A stretch of DNA of 64,000 nt, taken from the NCBI GenBank assembly GCA_021802705.1, contig JAJZRL010000004.1:13862-77861 (forward strand), read 5' to 3'. The position numbers were made by a program, and so were the translations under genes. The notes under the pieces were generated by a model. It was not told the DNA's origin. It saw only the letters and a program-made list of their open reading frames with translations, and searched no databases. Source of the DNA: a bacterium (GTDB lineage Bacteria > Patescibacteriota > Minisyncoccia > Phycocordibacterales > Phycocordibacteraceae). This document shows positions 21,971 through 31,904 of this stretch, in pieces; position 1 is the stretch's first letter; the number at the start of each line of letters is the position of its first letter.

Positions 21971-23396
21971 GCCGAACGAAATGACGGTGAGCGAAGCGGC
22001 GCGCGCGCTGCGCGCGCGCGATATCTCCGTGCAGGAGCTTTGGGATGCGTGTGTTCTCGCGTCTCACGAGCGAAATCAAGAGCTCAACGCATTCCTTGAG
22101 ATCTTTGAAGCCGACAAAGCGGCGGTAGCAGCTGCGCAAAAACGTATCGATACGGAAGGCGAGACGGCGCCGCTTCTCGCCGGTATCCCCCTCGCGATAA
22201 AAGACAACATCCTCATAGAAGGAAAGGTCGCAAGCGCGGCATCGAAGATGCTTGAGAACTACAGAGCGACCTATGACGCGACAGTCGTGAAAAAGCTCAA
22301 AGAGGCGGGGGCGCTCTTCCTCGGGCGCACCAACATGGACGAGTTCGCGATGGGTTCTTCGACCGAACACTCCGCATACGGAACGACGAAGAACCCGCGC
22401 GATACGCGCCGTGTTCCGGGCGGATCTTCCGGAGGCTCCGCTGCCGCGGTTGCCGCGCATCTCGCTCTCGCCGCTCTCGGTTCCGACACGGGCGGCTCCA
22501 TACGCCAGCCGGCGGCGCACACCGGCATCGTAGGATTGAAGCCGACGTACGGCTCCGTCTCGCGGTCCGGGCTTATCGCGATGGGTTCTTCGCTCGACCA
22601 AGTCGGTCCTTTGGCGAAGACGGTCGAAGACGCTCGCCTCATCTACGAAGCGATCGCCGGCCAGGACCCGCTTGATGCGACGACGATTCCTCCCGGCCTT
22701 TGTCCCGCGCGCCCGATGAAGAAGCCCATGCGCATAGGTGTCCCGAGGCATCTTATCGGCGAAGGGGTCGACCCCGACATACGCGCCGCTTTCAGTGCCA
22801 CGCTCGATGCTCTTGCTGACGCCGGACACACGCTTACGGATATCGAGCTGCCGATGAGCCATCACGCGCTTGCCGCGTATTACGTCATCATGCCCGCCGA
22901 GGTCTCGACCAACCTCGCGCGGCTCGACGGCATCCGCTACGGGCTTGCACAGCGCGGCGATACTTTGCTCGACGACTACCTTCTTTCACGCACGAGCGGT
23001 TTTGGCGAAGAGACGCGCCGACGCATCCTGCTTGGGACCTTCGTGCTCTCTTCCGGCTATATCGACGCGTATTACCGCAAAGCCGACGCTGCCCGCGCCG
23101 TATTGCGCAAGGAGTACGCGGATGCTTTCGATAAGGTTGACGCTATCGTGTTCCCGACAACGCCATCGCCGGCGTTTGCGTTTGGCGAAAAGAGCGATCC
23201 GCTCGCGATGTATCTTGAAGACATTTTCACGGTCACCGCGAACCTGACCGGCATGCCGGCGCTCTCCGTCCCGATGGGTTTCGTCGAGCGGGACGGGGCC
23301 TCGCTTCCGGTGGGGATGCATATCACCGCGCCGCACGGAGCAGAAGACACGCTTTTCTCCTTAGGCGCAGAGGTGGAGAAAGAGCGCCGCGCATAG
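21954..23396 (+). CDS. gatA: Asp/Glu-tRNA amidotransferase subunit A (amidase)
   Basis: amidase signature GGSSGGSAAAVAA, Ser-cisSer-Lys triad context. Confidence 0.9.
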   Translation: MSSMTKPNEMTVSEAARALRARDISVQELWDACVLASHERNQELNAFLEIFEADKAAVAAAQKRIDTEGETAPLLAGIPLAIKDNILIEGKVASAASKMLENYRATYDATVVKKLKEAGALFLGRTNMDEFAMGSSTEHSAYGTTKNPRDTRRVPGGSSGGSAAAVAAHLALAALGSDTGGSIRQPAAHTGIVGLKPTYGSVSRSGLIAMGSSLDQVGPLAKTVEDARLIYEAIAGQDPLDATTIPPGLCPARPMKKPMRIGVPRHLIGEGVDPDIRAAFSATLDALADAGHTLTDIELPMSHHALAAYYVIMPAEVSTNLARLDGIRYGLAQRGDTLLDDYLLSRTSGFGEETRRRILLGTFVLSSGYIDAYYRKADAARAVLRKEYADAFDKVDAIVFPTTPSPAFAFGEKSDPLAMYLEDIFTVTANLTGMPALSVPMGFVERDGASLPVGMHITAPHGAEDTLFSLGAEVEKERRA

Positions 23397-23421
23397 CGTA
23401 TTTTCATCTATACTGGAAACG

Positions 23422-23988
23422 ATGCCTATCACGCATGTAAACTTCTTCCAGATCGCTCATAACCTCGCTTACGGCAGCTACACATCGGCAAGCTACGCGA
23501 CGCTCCAGCAGCTCGCCGCTCACGTATGGTTTTGGGTCGTTATCGTCGGCTACGCGCTTTCGGGAATCGGTTTTTTTCTGGTCATCTATACGACCAGAAA
23601 GATCTTCGACCTTCGCGCGCGCGAAAGCGAATATTATGGTGCGGTATTGATCGCGCCCGAAGCCGAGATCGGGACGAATCCTCGGTGGCAGCACATCGAA
23701 TCGCTTGTCGCTGATATGAGTGCGAGCGAGTGGCGCGAGGCCATCATCGAAGCCGACATCATGCTCGATGACCTGCTCACGAAGCAGGGTTATACGGGAG
23801 AAGGAGTCGGCGAAAAACTGAAGGCTGTCGAGCCGTCCGACTTCGATACGCTGCAAGACGCATGGGAAGCGCACAAAGTGCGCAACCAGATAGCGCACGA
23901 AGGATCTTCCTTCGACCTCTCCGAGACGCTCGCGCGCCGTACCATCGCCCGTTATGAAGCCGTCTTCCGCGAGTTCAAGGTCATCTAA
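23422..23988 (+). CDS. hypothetical membrane protein
   Basis: ORF with one strong TM segment; the overlapping minus-strand ORF runs across the tRNA and was rejected. Confidence 0.4.
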   Translation: MPITHVNFFQIAHNLAYGSYTSASYATLQQLAAHVWFWVVIVGYALSGIGFFLVIYTTRKIFDLRARESEYYGAVLIAPEAEIGTNPRWQHIESLVADMSASEWREAIIEADIMLDDLLTKQGYTGEGVGEKLKAVEPSDFDTLQDAWEAHKVRNQIAHEGSSFDLSETLARRTIARYEAVFREFKVI

Positions 23989-24040
23989 AAGGATTTTGGT
24001 CGGGTTGCATTGTCGAGCTCGTTTCTTTATACTTGCAGAA

Positions 24041-24112
24041 GCGGGGTAGAGGAGAGGTACCTCGGGAGGCTCATAACCTCCAGACGCCGGTTCAATTCCG
24101 GCCCCCGCAACA
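24041..24112 (+). tRNA. tRNA-Met/Ile2-like (anticodon CAT); integration target
   Basis: cloverleaf: acceptor GCGGGG, D-stem GAGG/CCTC, anticodon stem GGAGG/CCTCC with loop CTCATAA, T-arm GCCGG-TTCAATT-CCGGC; acceptor stem looks 6 bp, so score moderate. Confidence 0.65.
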
Positions 24113-24221
24113 AGGTAGTGCGGCCTGCCATACAGACCGTCCGGCATCGAAAGTGCCAAAAATCAGTTCAAGACCGACACGATTAAAACTTGCGAAAGGC
24201 GCCCGAAAGGGCGCCTTTCGC
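24111..24221 (+). ncRNA. conserved ~100-nt junction element, copy C1, ending in terminator GCGAAAGGCGCCC-GAAA-GGGCGCCTTTCGC
   Basis: paralogous copies at 47074-47230 and 61508-61640 (partial at 59829-59980); compensatory changes in internal hairpins; each copy ends in a different terminator. Confidence 0.45.
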
Positions 24222-24250
24222 AATGCATCTTCACGGGAATGAGGTTCTCG

Positions 24251-24520
24251 TCATTTCTTTCGGGACACTTTATACACCGCCAGAATCTCGCTGATGGCTT
24301 TCTTCTGCGCTCCGCCCCGCATCTGCTCGACCACATGCGTCGAGAGGTGGTTCTCAAGCATCGCGTCCTCGACTGCCGAAAGCGCCTGCCGTATCGCGGA
24401 CGCCTGCGTTATCACGTCGATGCAATACGTATCGTTCTCGACCATCTTCTCCAACCCTCGTACCTGCCCTTCGATAGTTTTCAACCTGCGCACCACTTTC
24501 CGCTTGACGTCGGGTTTCAT
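24251..24520 (-). CDS. csoR: CsoR/RcnR-family metal-sensing transcriptional repressor
   Basis: W-X-Y-Z ligand positions (YCIDVITQ ... ENHLSTH), ~90 aa all-helical. Confidence 0.85.
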   Translation of the reverse strand: MKPDVKRKVVRRLKTIEGQVRGLEKMVENDTYCIDVITQASAIRQALSAVEDAMLENHLSTHVVEQMRGGAQKKAISEILAVYKVSRKK

Positions 24521-24527
24521 AGGTCCA

Positions 24528-24548
24528 TAATACCCCTAGGGGGTGTTA
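24528..24548. promoter_or_regulatory. candidate CsoR operator palindrome ATACCCCTAGGGGGTGT in divergent promoter region
   Basis: resembles GC-tract inverted repeats of known CsoR operators (TACCC-N-GGGTA type); sits between csoR and the cop operon. Confidence 0.55.
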
Positions 24549-24582
24549 GGTCAAGAATGCTTACTCGCATAATCCTTTTTGT

Positions 24583-25176
24583 ATGAAAACATTCGCACTA
24601 GGCACATTTCTCGCGGCTCTCGCACTCGTCGGTTTCGGCGGTGCGGCGCACGCGCAGATGATGTACGGCAACGGCTACGGCTCGGGCATGATGGGCTACT
24701 ACGGCAATACGGAAACGTCGACCTCTACCGCGACGACGACGAACGCGGGCGATGCCGCCGGTGCCGCGCTCTGGCAGAAACTCTCCTCTGGACAGGTCTC
24801 CTGCGGCTCACTTTCCCAGAGCGACTTCGCGACCCTCGGCGACTACGTTATGGGCAACATGATGGGCGCGTACCACGATCAAGCCGACCAGTACATGACG
24901 CGCTCTCTCGGGCAACAGGGAGAGGAACAGATGCATATCGCGATGGGGGAACGCCTCTCTGGTTGCAACCCGTCTGCCGCGTATCCCTCGGGCGTATCGG
25001 ACTTTTACCCGATGATGGGTGGCTGGGGGCCAGGCAGCTACTCAATGATGGGCTTCGGTTCTGGCGTATTCGACTACAGCGCCTTCGGCGGCATCGTCAT
25101 GGCGCTCGTGTGGCTCTTCGCGATTATCGGCGTCGTAGCATCGATCATGTGGCTCGTGCGGCGCACGGATAAGTGA
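24583..25176 (+). CDS. secreted Met/Gly-rich repeat protein with C-terminal TM anchor (putative Cu(I)-binding)
   Basis: signal peptide, repeats MMGYYG / MGNMMG / MMGGWG / SMMGFG, C-terminal hydrophobic helix; first gene of csoR-regulated operon. Confidence 0.5.
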   Translation: MKTFALGTFLAALALVGFGGAAHAQMMYGNGYGSGMMGYYGNTETSTSTATTTNAGDAAGAALWQKLSSGQVSCGSLSQSDFATLGDYVMGNMMGAYHDQADQYMTRSLGQQGEEQMHIAMGERLSGCNPSAAYPSGVSDFYPMMGGWGPGSYSMMGFGSGVFDYSAFGGIVMALVWLFAIIGVVASIMWLVRRTDK

Positions 25177-27308
25177 GTATGTATTTACCAGAACACGAAC
25201 AAAGCGAAAATAAAACAACCGGACACTACACATGCCCGATGCATCCCGAGATCATGCAAGAGCGTCCCGGCATCTGCTCCGAATGCGGCATGAACCTCGT
25301 TCCTGCGGATAGGGCGAGTGATCATGACCATTCGCATGATTGGCATGACCGGCACGCCGGACACTCGACCGCCATGTTCTTGCGAAAGTTCTGGGTGAGC
25401 TCCGTGCTCTCGATTCCGGTCGTGCTGTACTCATCGATACTCAATATACTTTTCGGTTTTTCTGCCCCGGCGTTCCCCGGCTCCGCCTACATCCCGCTCA
25501 TTCTCGGCTCCATCGTCTTCTTCTACGGCGGTTCCGTCTTCCTCGCGAGCGCGTGGCGCGAGATCAAGGCACGCGTGCCCGGCATGATGACGCTCATTTC
25601 GGTCGCCATCCTGACGGCGTACCTCTGGAGCGTCTACGCGGTTTTCTTCGGACAGGAACCGCTCCTCTGGGAACTCACGACCCTTATCGTCATCATGCTT
25701 CTCGGCCACTATATCGAGATGCGAGCCGTCTCCGGCGCACAAGGAGCGCTCAAAGAGCTTTCCAAACTCCTACCGGACACTGCAGAGGTTATCCGCGGAA
25801 CCGAGACGAAGGTCATTCCGCTCGCTGATCTAAAGGAAAACGACGTCGTGCTCGTGAAGCCCGGCGACAAAATCCCGGCGGACGGATCAATCATCGAAGG
25901 CGAATCGGAGGTGAACGAATCGATGGTTACCGGCGAATCGAAACCCGTCAATAAGCGCATGGGAAGCGCGGTCATCGCGGGCACAGTCAATGGCGACGGA
26001 GCACTCAAGATACAAGTCGCACACATAGGTGAGAAAACATTCCTCGCGGGCGTCATGCGACTCGTCGCGGAAGCGCAAGCCTCCAAATCGAAGCTTCAGA
26101 TACTTTCCGATAAGGCGGCGTTTCTCCTCACCGTCGTCGCCATAGGCGTCGGCGTCGCGACGTTCGGCGCATGGGTCCTGCTCAGCGCGGGGATCGCCTT
26201 CGCGGTCTCGCGCGTCGTCGCGGTCTTGGTCATCGCTTGTCCGCACGCGCTCGGCCTCGCCGTGCCCTTGGTCGCTTCCATTTCCACGACCAAGGCAGCG
26301 AAGAACGGCTTTCTCGTGAAGCAGCGTCTTGCGCTCGAAGCCGCGCGGAGCATAGACACGGTGCTTTTCGACAAGACCGGCACGCTCACCAAAGGCGCGT
26401 TCGGCGTTACGGGCGTCTTCGCGGTATCCGATCATTCGGAGGACGACGTGCTCGCGCTTGCCGCATCGCTTGACGCGCTCTCCGCACATCCCATTGCTCA
26501 AGCGATTGTCGCAGATGCAAAAACAAGAAAGATTCAGTTCTCGGAAGCGAAGAGTCATACCGCCATCAAAGGACGAGGGGCTAAAGCAATGATCGGGGGT
26601 AAGGAAACGCATGTGGGCGGTCCGGCGCTGCTTGAGAGTCTAGGGCTCGCGATACCGGCCGGTATCCTCGAAAAGGTTACGGCTGCAGGATCTCAAGGGC
26701 AGACCGTCGTGTTTGTCGTGCAAGAGAATAGTGTCCTAGGCGCAATCGCGCTCGCCGATGTCGTTCGCGAAGAATCGAAAGAGGCGGTACGAGAACTCAA
26801 GGCGATGGGCATCCGCTCGGTGATGATTACGGGCGATTCCGAGGATGTCGCCAAAGCGGTTGCGGCGGAAATCGGCCTCGACGAGTACTTCGCGCGTGTT
26901 CTCCCTGAACAGAAGTCGGCGAAGGTCAAAGAGCTTCAGGATAAGGGACGGAAGGTCGCGATGGTGGGCGACGGTATCAACGATGCCCCCGCTCTCACCC
27001 AGGCCGACCTCGGCATCGCGATAGGCGCAGGCACGAATGTCGCCATCGAGTCGGCGGGCATCATTCTCGTGCGCGACGACCCGCGCGACATTGCGAAGAT
27101 TGTCCGGCTCTCCAAGATGACGTACTCGAAGATGATTCAGAACCTCTGGTGGGCGGCCGGGTACAACATCTTCGCCATTCCGCTCGCGGCGGGCGTCCTC
27201 GCGCCGTGGGGCATCTTTCTCCAGCCCGCCTTCGCGGCAGTCCTCATGTCCGCGAGCACAGTCATCGTCTCAATAAATGCTGCGCTTTTGGGGCGACGGA
27301 CGTTATAA
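25173..27308 (+). CDS. copB: CopB-like P1B-type ATPase (CPH subtype) with N-terminal heavy-metal-binding domain
   Basis: YTCPMHPEI...[11 protein letters not shown]-terminal metal-binding module, His-rich stretch, CPH in TM6, [17 protein letters not shown]; paralog of 3180..5081. Confidence 0.9.
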   Translation: MSMYLPEHEQSENKTTGHYTCPMHPEIMQERPGICSECGMNLVPADRASDHDHSHDWHDRHAGHSTAMFLRKFWVSSVLSIPVVLYSSILNILFGFSAPAFPGSAYIPLILGSIVFFYGGSVFLASAWREIKARVPGMMTLISVAILTAYLWSVYAVFFGQEPLLWELTTLIVIMLLGHYIEMRAVSGAQGALKELSKLLPDTAEVIRGTETKVIPLADLKENDVVLVKPGDKIPADGSIIEGESEVNESMVTGESKPVNKRMGSAVIAGTVNGDGALKIQVAHIGEKTFLAGVMRLVAEAQASKSKLQILSDKAAFLLTVVAIGVGVATFGAWVLLSAGIAFAVSRVVAVLVIACPHALGLAVPLVASISTTKAAKNGFLVKQRLALEAARSIDTVLFDKTGTLTKGAFGVTGVFAVSDHSEDDVLALAASLDALSAHPIAQAIVADAKTRKIQFSEAKSHTAIKGRGAKAMIGGKETHVGGPALLESLGLAIPAGILEKVTAAGSQGQTVVFVVQENSVLGAIALADVVREESKEAVRELKAMGIRSVMITGDSEDVAKAVAAEIGLDEYFARVLPEQKSAKVKELQDKGRKVAMVGDGINDAPALTQADLGIAIGAGTNVAIESAGIILVRDDPRDIAKIVRLSKMTYSKMIQNLWWAAGYNIFAIPLAAGVLAPWGIFLQPAFAAVLMSASTVIVSINAALLGRRTL

Positions 27309-27315
27309 TACTCAC

Positions 27316-27714
27316 ATGTCGATTCTGAAGCGTGCGTTCGCCAGCTCGTTCATCGCCGCTCTCATTCTTATGTCGGGCGTGTGCGCGGTAACGTATGCAC
27401 CGCCATCGATGCATTCTTCAGGCATGGGAATGGTCGGATGTCCGTTCGCGGGACACGGCGGCGCGGTGTGCGGCATGAGTCCTCTCGATCATCTTGACGG
27501 GATGCAGCTTGCGCTCGCCGCAGTCGTCCCGAGCATCGGGATACTGTTTTTGTTACTTCTTGCATCGTTCCTCGTAGCAGTTCTCGCATCAGTATCGGAA
27601 TGGATTCCTGTCCCGCTCGCGCTTTCATACGAACCGCCTGATACGAGAGTGCGTACGTACGATCCTCTTAAGCGCTACGCCGCACGCGGCCTACTGAATC
27701 CAAAGATTCCCTAA
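27316..27714 (+). CDS. small secreted/membrane protein with Cys/Met/His cluster (putative metal-binding)
   Basis: internal ATG of track ORF 27277..27714; signal peptide; HSSGMGMVGCPFAGHGGAVCGMSPLDHLDGM; C-terminal TM. Confidence 0.45.
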   Translation: MSILKRAFASSFIAALILMSGVCAVTYAPPSMHSSGMGMVGCPFAGHGGAVCGMSPLDHLDGMQLALAAVVPSIGILFLLLLASFLVAVLASVSEWIPVPLALSYEPPDTRVRTYDPLKRYAARGLLNPKIP

Positions 27715-27768
27715 TGATTCCATTGATGTTTATTAACACGGCACAAACGCCGTATTCTTACAAACACC

Positions 27769-28482
27769 ATGGAACCATCATCGAAATTCACCCAGTTTGC
27801 TACGCCCGCCGCCGTGCTCCTCGGAGGAGCGTTCATCGCAGGGGCTATGATATGGAATAATGCGCACCCGAACTCGCAACCACTCCAAGCCGGGAGTCAG
27901 CCGCAACTCGCTGTTGCCGCAGACGTATCGAAGGTCAAGACGGCTGGTGAGCCTTTCATTGGCAGCCCGAACGCGCCTGTCACGATGGCGTACTGGTACG
28001 ACTACCAATGCCCGTTCTGCCAGCGCAACGAGGAGCAGACGATGCCGCAGATAATCAAGGACTACGTTGACACCGGCAAGCTCAAGATCGTATTCAAGGA
28101 TTACCAATTCCTCGGTCCCGATTCGCAGACGCTTGGGAAATTCTCCCGCGCCGTGTGGGAGGTCGCGCCCGACAAGTTCTACCAGTGGCACAAAGCAATC
28201 TACGACAACCAGGGCACGGAAAACACCGGCTGGGCGACCGACGCAAAGATAACATCAATAACGACCGGCGTTCTTGGCGCGTCCGACACCGCGAAAGTCG
28301 CCGCGCTCGTGAAGTCAAACGGCGACGAGTACCAAAAAGAAATGGATGCGGACAGGGCCGAAGGCACCGCGATGGGCATTTCCGGCACGCCGGGCGCGAT
28401 CATCGGCAAGCAGTTAATCTCGGGAGCGCAGCCGTACGCGGCATTCCAGACGGCGATAGATGCGGCTCTGAAGAGCCAATAG
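27769..28482 (+). CDS. DsbA-family thiol:disulfide oxidoreductase
   Basis: thioredoxin-fold CPFC active site (YDYQCPFCQRN), signal anchor. Confidence 0.8.
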   Translation: MEPSSKFTQFATPAAVLLGGAFIAGAMIWNNAHPNSQPLQAGSQPQLAVAADVSKVKTAGEPFIGSPNAPVTMAYWYDYQCPFCQRNEEQTMPQIIKDYVDTGKLKIVFKDYQFLGPDSQTLGKFSRAVWEVAPDKFYQWHKAIYDNQGTENTGWATDAKITSITTGVLGASDTAKVAALVKSNGDEYQKEMDADRAEGTAMGISGTPGAIIGKQLISGAQPYAAFQTAIDAALKSQ

Positions 28483-28486
28483 CCCC

Positions 28487-29149
28487 ATGCGGAGAAAATA
28501 TGTTCCTATCCTCATCATTGCCATTGCTGCGGTGATCGGAGGGTACCTCATCGCAAAACCTCATACGCCTGTGGCGAATGCCGAAATTGCCGCGGAGTAC
28601 GCAAAAATCCCTACCGAAAGCGGTAAGGCGGCTTTCATGACTCAGAGCAATAACCTCACGACGCCGGTCGATTCGACGCTCGTCGACCTCGACTCGCAAC
28701 TCATCACCTGCTCTCCGAATGTCGACAGTTTGCTTTCGGCAAGTCCGTCAGTCGGCGGCAGCTGCGTCGCGGGTGGGACGAATCTCGCCTCGACAACCGG
28801 CATGTACCTGGGTGGTCAGTGTTGCGGGGCCATGAAAGACCTTAGCGAGTACAACAAAGAGCTACAAAATCTGCAACAGTACAAAAACATTCCCGATGTG
28901 CCGATGAATCCGTACAAGACGCCGATCGCAATCGCGAAAAAGTGGATTGATTACGACAACGCTACGACGCTCACGCCGCAGGAACAAACCATCATGGACC
29001 AAGCGATGAAAACGTCGAAAGAAGGTCCTTGCTGCTGCAAATGCTGGCACTATTTCGTCAACGAAGGTATCGCCAAGAAAATGATCAAAGATTACCACTA
29101 CAGCGCGCAGCAGATCGCCGCGTACTGGGATACCTCAAGTATCTGTTAA
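28487..29149 (+). CDS. secreted Cys-rich hypothetical protein
   Basis: signal anchor; Cys clusters CSPN, GGSCVAGG, GQCCGAMKDL, GPCCCKCWHY. Confidence 0.45.
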   Translation: MRRKYVPILIIAIAAVIGGYLIAKPHTPVANAEIAAEYAKIPTESGKAAFMTQSNNLTTPVDSTLVDLDSQLITCSPNVDSLLSASPSVGGSCVAGGTNLASTTGMYLGGQCCGAMKDLSEYNKELQNLQQYKNIPDVPMNPYKTPIAIAKKWIDYDNATTLTPQEQTIMDQAMKTSKEGPCCCKCWHYFVNEGIAKKMIKDYHYSAQQIAAYWDTSSIC

Positions 29150-29161
29150 CCAACTAACATT

Positions 29162-29578
29162 ATGAAAACAATTATTGGAATCGGCGCAGCCGTTGTTCTG
29201 CTTCTCGTGGGCGGTGCGCTGTGGTCAAACGGCCTGGCAAACAGCAATCCCGATATTGTTTCTCGAAGGGGTATTCACTGGCACCCGCAACTCACCATCA
29301 TGGTCGGAACGACGACCGTGCCGATCCCTGCTGGTATTGGACTCGGTCCATCCGAAATGCCCATCCACACGCATGACGATTCCGGAACGATACACCTTGA
29401 GTTCTCGGGCGTCGTTCGTAAAGAGCAACTGACGTTGGGCGAGTTCTTCAGAGTATGGGGTAAAGATATGCGCTCGTTCGGCACAAATATGCGCATGACG
29501 GTCAATGGCGTGCCTAACACCGATTACGAGAATTATGTTATGCGAGATGGAGATAAGATCGTCTTGCAATTCGATTAA
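29162..29578 (+). CDS. secreted hypothetical protein
   Basis: signal peptide ORF, operon-like spacing. Confidence 0.4.
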   Translation: MKTIIGIGAAVVLLLVGGALWSNGLANSNPDIVSRRGIHWHPQLTIMVGTTTVPIPAGIGLGPSEMPIHTHDDSGTIHLEFSGVVRKEQLTLGEFFRVWGKDMRSFGTNMRMTVNGVPNTDYENYVMRDGDKIVLQFD

Positions 29579-30102
29579 CGTACAATCCTTGCCCGTTCGT
29601 GCAACGTGCGGCGCAGATACCGCCATTCGTGCCATGTAAGCGCGATGACGACGAGATCGAGGACCGTGATGAGGATGAGCAGGAGCGAGTGCGTGAAAGC
29701 GAAGCGGTAGAGCTGGTAGACGATAAAGAGGCCGAATACGACCATGGCGGTCGGGTAATACCAGAGCCGTTTCCGGAGGAGGCCCACGATGAGCCAGAGC
29801 TTCACGACGCCGTGCGCGATGAGGTAGATCGCGGCAAAATCACGCGCGCCGATGGAGAGGTTCTGAGCGGTGTGAAGCAGATAACTTGCGAGTTGGTCGT
29901 GCGGATCCTCGGCGAACTCAGCTCGCGTGATGAACAAGACTATCTGCACAAGCAACTCCTTCGAGACGAGATAGGTGGCGATGCCCGAGACGATTTCACC
30001 AAGCGCAAAAACAGCCTTCAGCCACAAGCTGACGTCGAAGACGAGGTGGATATTCCTCTCGCTAAGCAATCGCTGTATGCCAGAGGTGTTTGTATGCGGC
30101 AT
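29575..30102 (-). CDS. hypothetical polytopic membrane protein
   Basis: 4 predicted TM helices. Confidence 0.4.
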   Translation of the reverse strand: MPHTNTSGIQRLLSERNIHLVFDVSLWLKAVFALGEIVSGIATYLVSKELLVQIVLFITRAEFAEDPHDQLASYLLHTAQNLSIGARDFAAIYLIAHGVVKLWLIVGLLRKRLWYYPTAMVVFGLFIVYQLYRFAFTHSLLLILITVLDLVVIALTWHEWRYLRRTLHERARIVR

Positions 30103-30535
30103 AGGTCAATAGTACCGCCACGGCGGATATGACGATACTGCCTGCCACGTCGAGTACGTGACGCACGCCGACGTACACGCGGCCGATCGCGACGAGAATC
30201 GCGAGGACCCAGAGCGCGATACCGAGGCGCCGGTTCCAGAGTGTGCCGATCATGGCGATGGCAGAGACGAGGAGCGCATGGTCGGACGGGAATCCGTTAT
30301 CCGGCGCATGCGGTACGAGCGGCGTGAAATGTCCGACAACGAATGGGCGAGGGTCGAAGTACAGATGGTTTGCAAGCAGTCCAAGCACGAGAGCAAAGAG
30401 GCCGGCGGGAATCGCGAAGAGCGCCCGGCGTTTCCACGAGTCGCGCGGCTGAAGGAAGAAGTACACGCCGAGAATCACGACAGAGACGAGGTACAGGTAT
30501 TCGGCGGCGAAGATGAAAAACGCATCCATCGTCAT
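30062..30535 (-). CDS. PAP2-family phosphatase (undecaprenyl-diphosphatase-like)
   Basis: PSDH acid-phosphatase motif (FPSDHALL), polytopic. Confidence 0.7.
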   Translation of the reverse strand: MTMDAFFIFAAEYLYLVSVVILGVYFFLQPRDSWKRRALFAIPAGLFALVLGLLANHLYFDPRPFVVGHFTPLVPHAPDNGFPSDHALLVSAIAMIGTLWNRRLGIALWVLAILVAIGRVYVGVRHVLDVAGSIVISAVAVLLTYAAYKHLWHTAIA

Positions 30536-30578
30536 TTTATATCACACCGCAAGGTGGCATGACTGAATGACGTTCGTC

Positions 30579-31904
30579 CTATTTCGTAAGTGCAATCTGT
30601 TTGTCTTTCATCACGATCTTCCCGCGCATATATTCGAGCAGATCGCGCTTCTCCTCGACGGTGCCATTTTGTAGCAAGTACTTGGCGTAGCGGCGCACGT
30701 CCATTTCCTTCGCCTTGAGCCGCTCTCCCGGATTCCGGGTAGCCGCCTGGAGCTTGTTGTACCGGGCGACCTCTGCCTCGATAACCTTCCGCGCTCCAAT
30801 CTCGTCAAGCTCGACCTGGTCGATCATGGCCGCAAGCTGCTCGATGAGGTTGTCCTCGCGGATGTACGGATTCGCACACGGCACGCCCTTTGACTTCGTG
30901 CAGGTATAGTAGATGTAAGTGCGCTCGGTGCCGTCGCTCTTGATGATTTTCTTCTTCTCGACACCCGTGATGCCCGAGCCGCATTCGCCGCAGACCATGA
31001 TCTTCGTGAAGGTGAACGAGTGCTGCGTGTGCTTCGGCTTGTGATCCTCGAGGAGCTTGTCCTGCACGAGCTGATACAGGTCCCGGCTGATAAGCGCCGT
31101 GTGCCTTCCCGTATACCAGTTGCCGCTCCCTCGCGGGTATTCGTACACGCCGCAGTAGAAGGGATTTTTGAGCGTCAGGTACACCGAGCTCACGGACAGG
31201 TGCTTGTTATTCTTCGTGCGGAAATCGAGGTCGTTCTTGAGCCAGGCGTAAATCCTCCGGCCGCTCCACCGCTCGTATCCGGCCTTCTCGAACATCTGCT
31301 TCACGATGGGGGAGCGTATCGGGTCTACCACCATCTCGCACTTGTGGTCGCGCCGCCTGTCGTTCGCGTATCCGACCGGCGCGACGCCCGGTAGAAGGCC
31401 CATCTCCGCGCGGGTCTTGAGGCCGCGCTTCACGTTGATGCGCTTGTTGTCGTTTTCGAGCTTCGCCTGGCTCCCGAGAATCATGAGTAAGAACTTCTCA
31501 TTCGGATTGTTCGAGAATTTCTGATTGTACGTGCGTATCTCGCGCAGAAGCCCCGCGTCCATGAGGTCGATGACCTTGCCGAGGTCGCCAGCATTTCGGG
31601 CAATGCGGTCTGGTGCCCAGGTGAGGAGTCCATCGAATTTTCCGACCCGCACTTCGTCGATAATCTGGTTGAAGACCGGCCGCTGACCCGTCTCTTTGGC
31701 CGAGTGCGATTCGCGCTTTACCTCGATCACGTCGATGCCGTCCCGTTCGGCGAGCGCCGTCATCTCCTTGATCTGGCTATCTATCGAGAGCGCCTGGACC
31801 TCGTCCTGCTCCGTCGATTTGCGGGCGTACAGGCAGTACCGGATCGGGCGCACCTCTTCGACGACCGGGACGCTCCCCATTTCCCTTGCTAAGGTTGTCT
31901 CCAT
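30579..31904 (-). CDS. large serine recombinase (resolvase catalytic domain + recombinase domain + zinc ribbon)
   Basis: YARKSTEQD catalytic Ser region, CGECGSGITG zinc ribbon, coiled-coil tail; paralog at 50998..52353. Confidence 0.9.
   Translation of the reverse strand: METTLAREMGSVPVVEEVRPIRYCLYARKSTEQDEVQALSIDSQIKEMTALAERDGIDVIEVKRESHSAKETGQRPVFNQIIDEVRVGKFDGLLTWAPDRIARNAGDLGKVIDLMDAGLLREIRTYNQKFSNNPNEKFLLMILGSQAKLENDNKRINVKRGLKTRAEMGLLPGVAPVGYANDRRRDHKCEMVVDPIRSPIVKQMFEKAGYERWSGRRIYAWLKNDLDFRTKNNKHLSVSSVYLTLKNPFYCGVYEYPRGSGNWYTGRHTALISRDLYQLVQDKLLEDHKPKHTQHSFTFTKIMVCGECGSGITGVEKKKIIKSDGTERTYIYYTCTKSKGVPCANPYIREDNLIEQLAAMIDQVELDEIGARKVIEAEVARYNKLQAATRNPGERLKAKEMDVRRYAKYLLQNGTVEEKRDLLEYMRGKIVMKDKQIALTK

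Noticed and set aside
21771-22865. 364-aa minus-strand ORF
   Set aside because: Antisense to gatC/gatA; no motifs.
23404-24159. 251-aa minus-strand ORF spanning the tRNA-Met region
   Set aside because: Runs across a tRNA gene and the junction element; the plus-strand ORF 23422..23988 has better coding character.
24111-24221. tmRNA or tRNA-derived identity for the junction element
   Set aside because: No tRNA-like acceptor/T-arm closure with the upstream tRNA, no tag-peptide reading frame ending in a stop, and no resemblance to RNase P, SRP or 6S conserved blocks that I can recall; left as an unknown element.
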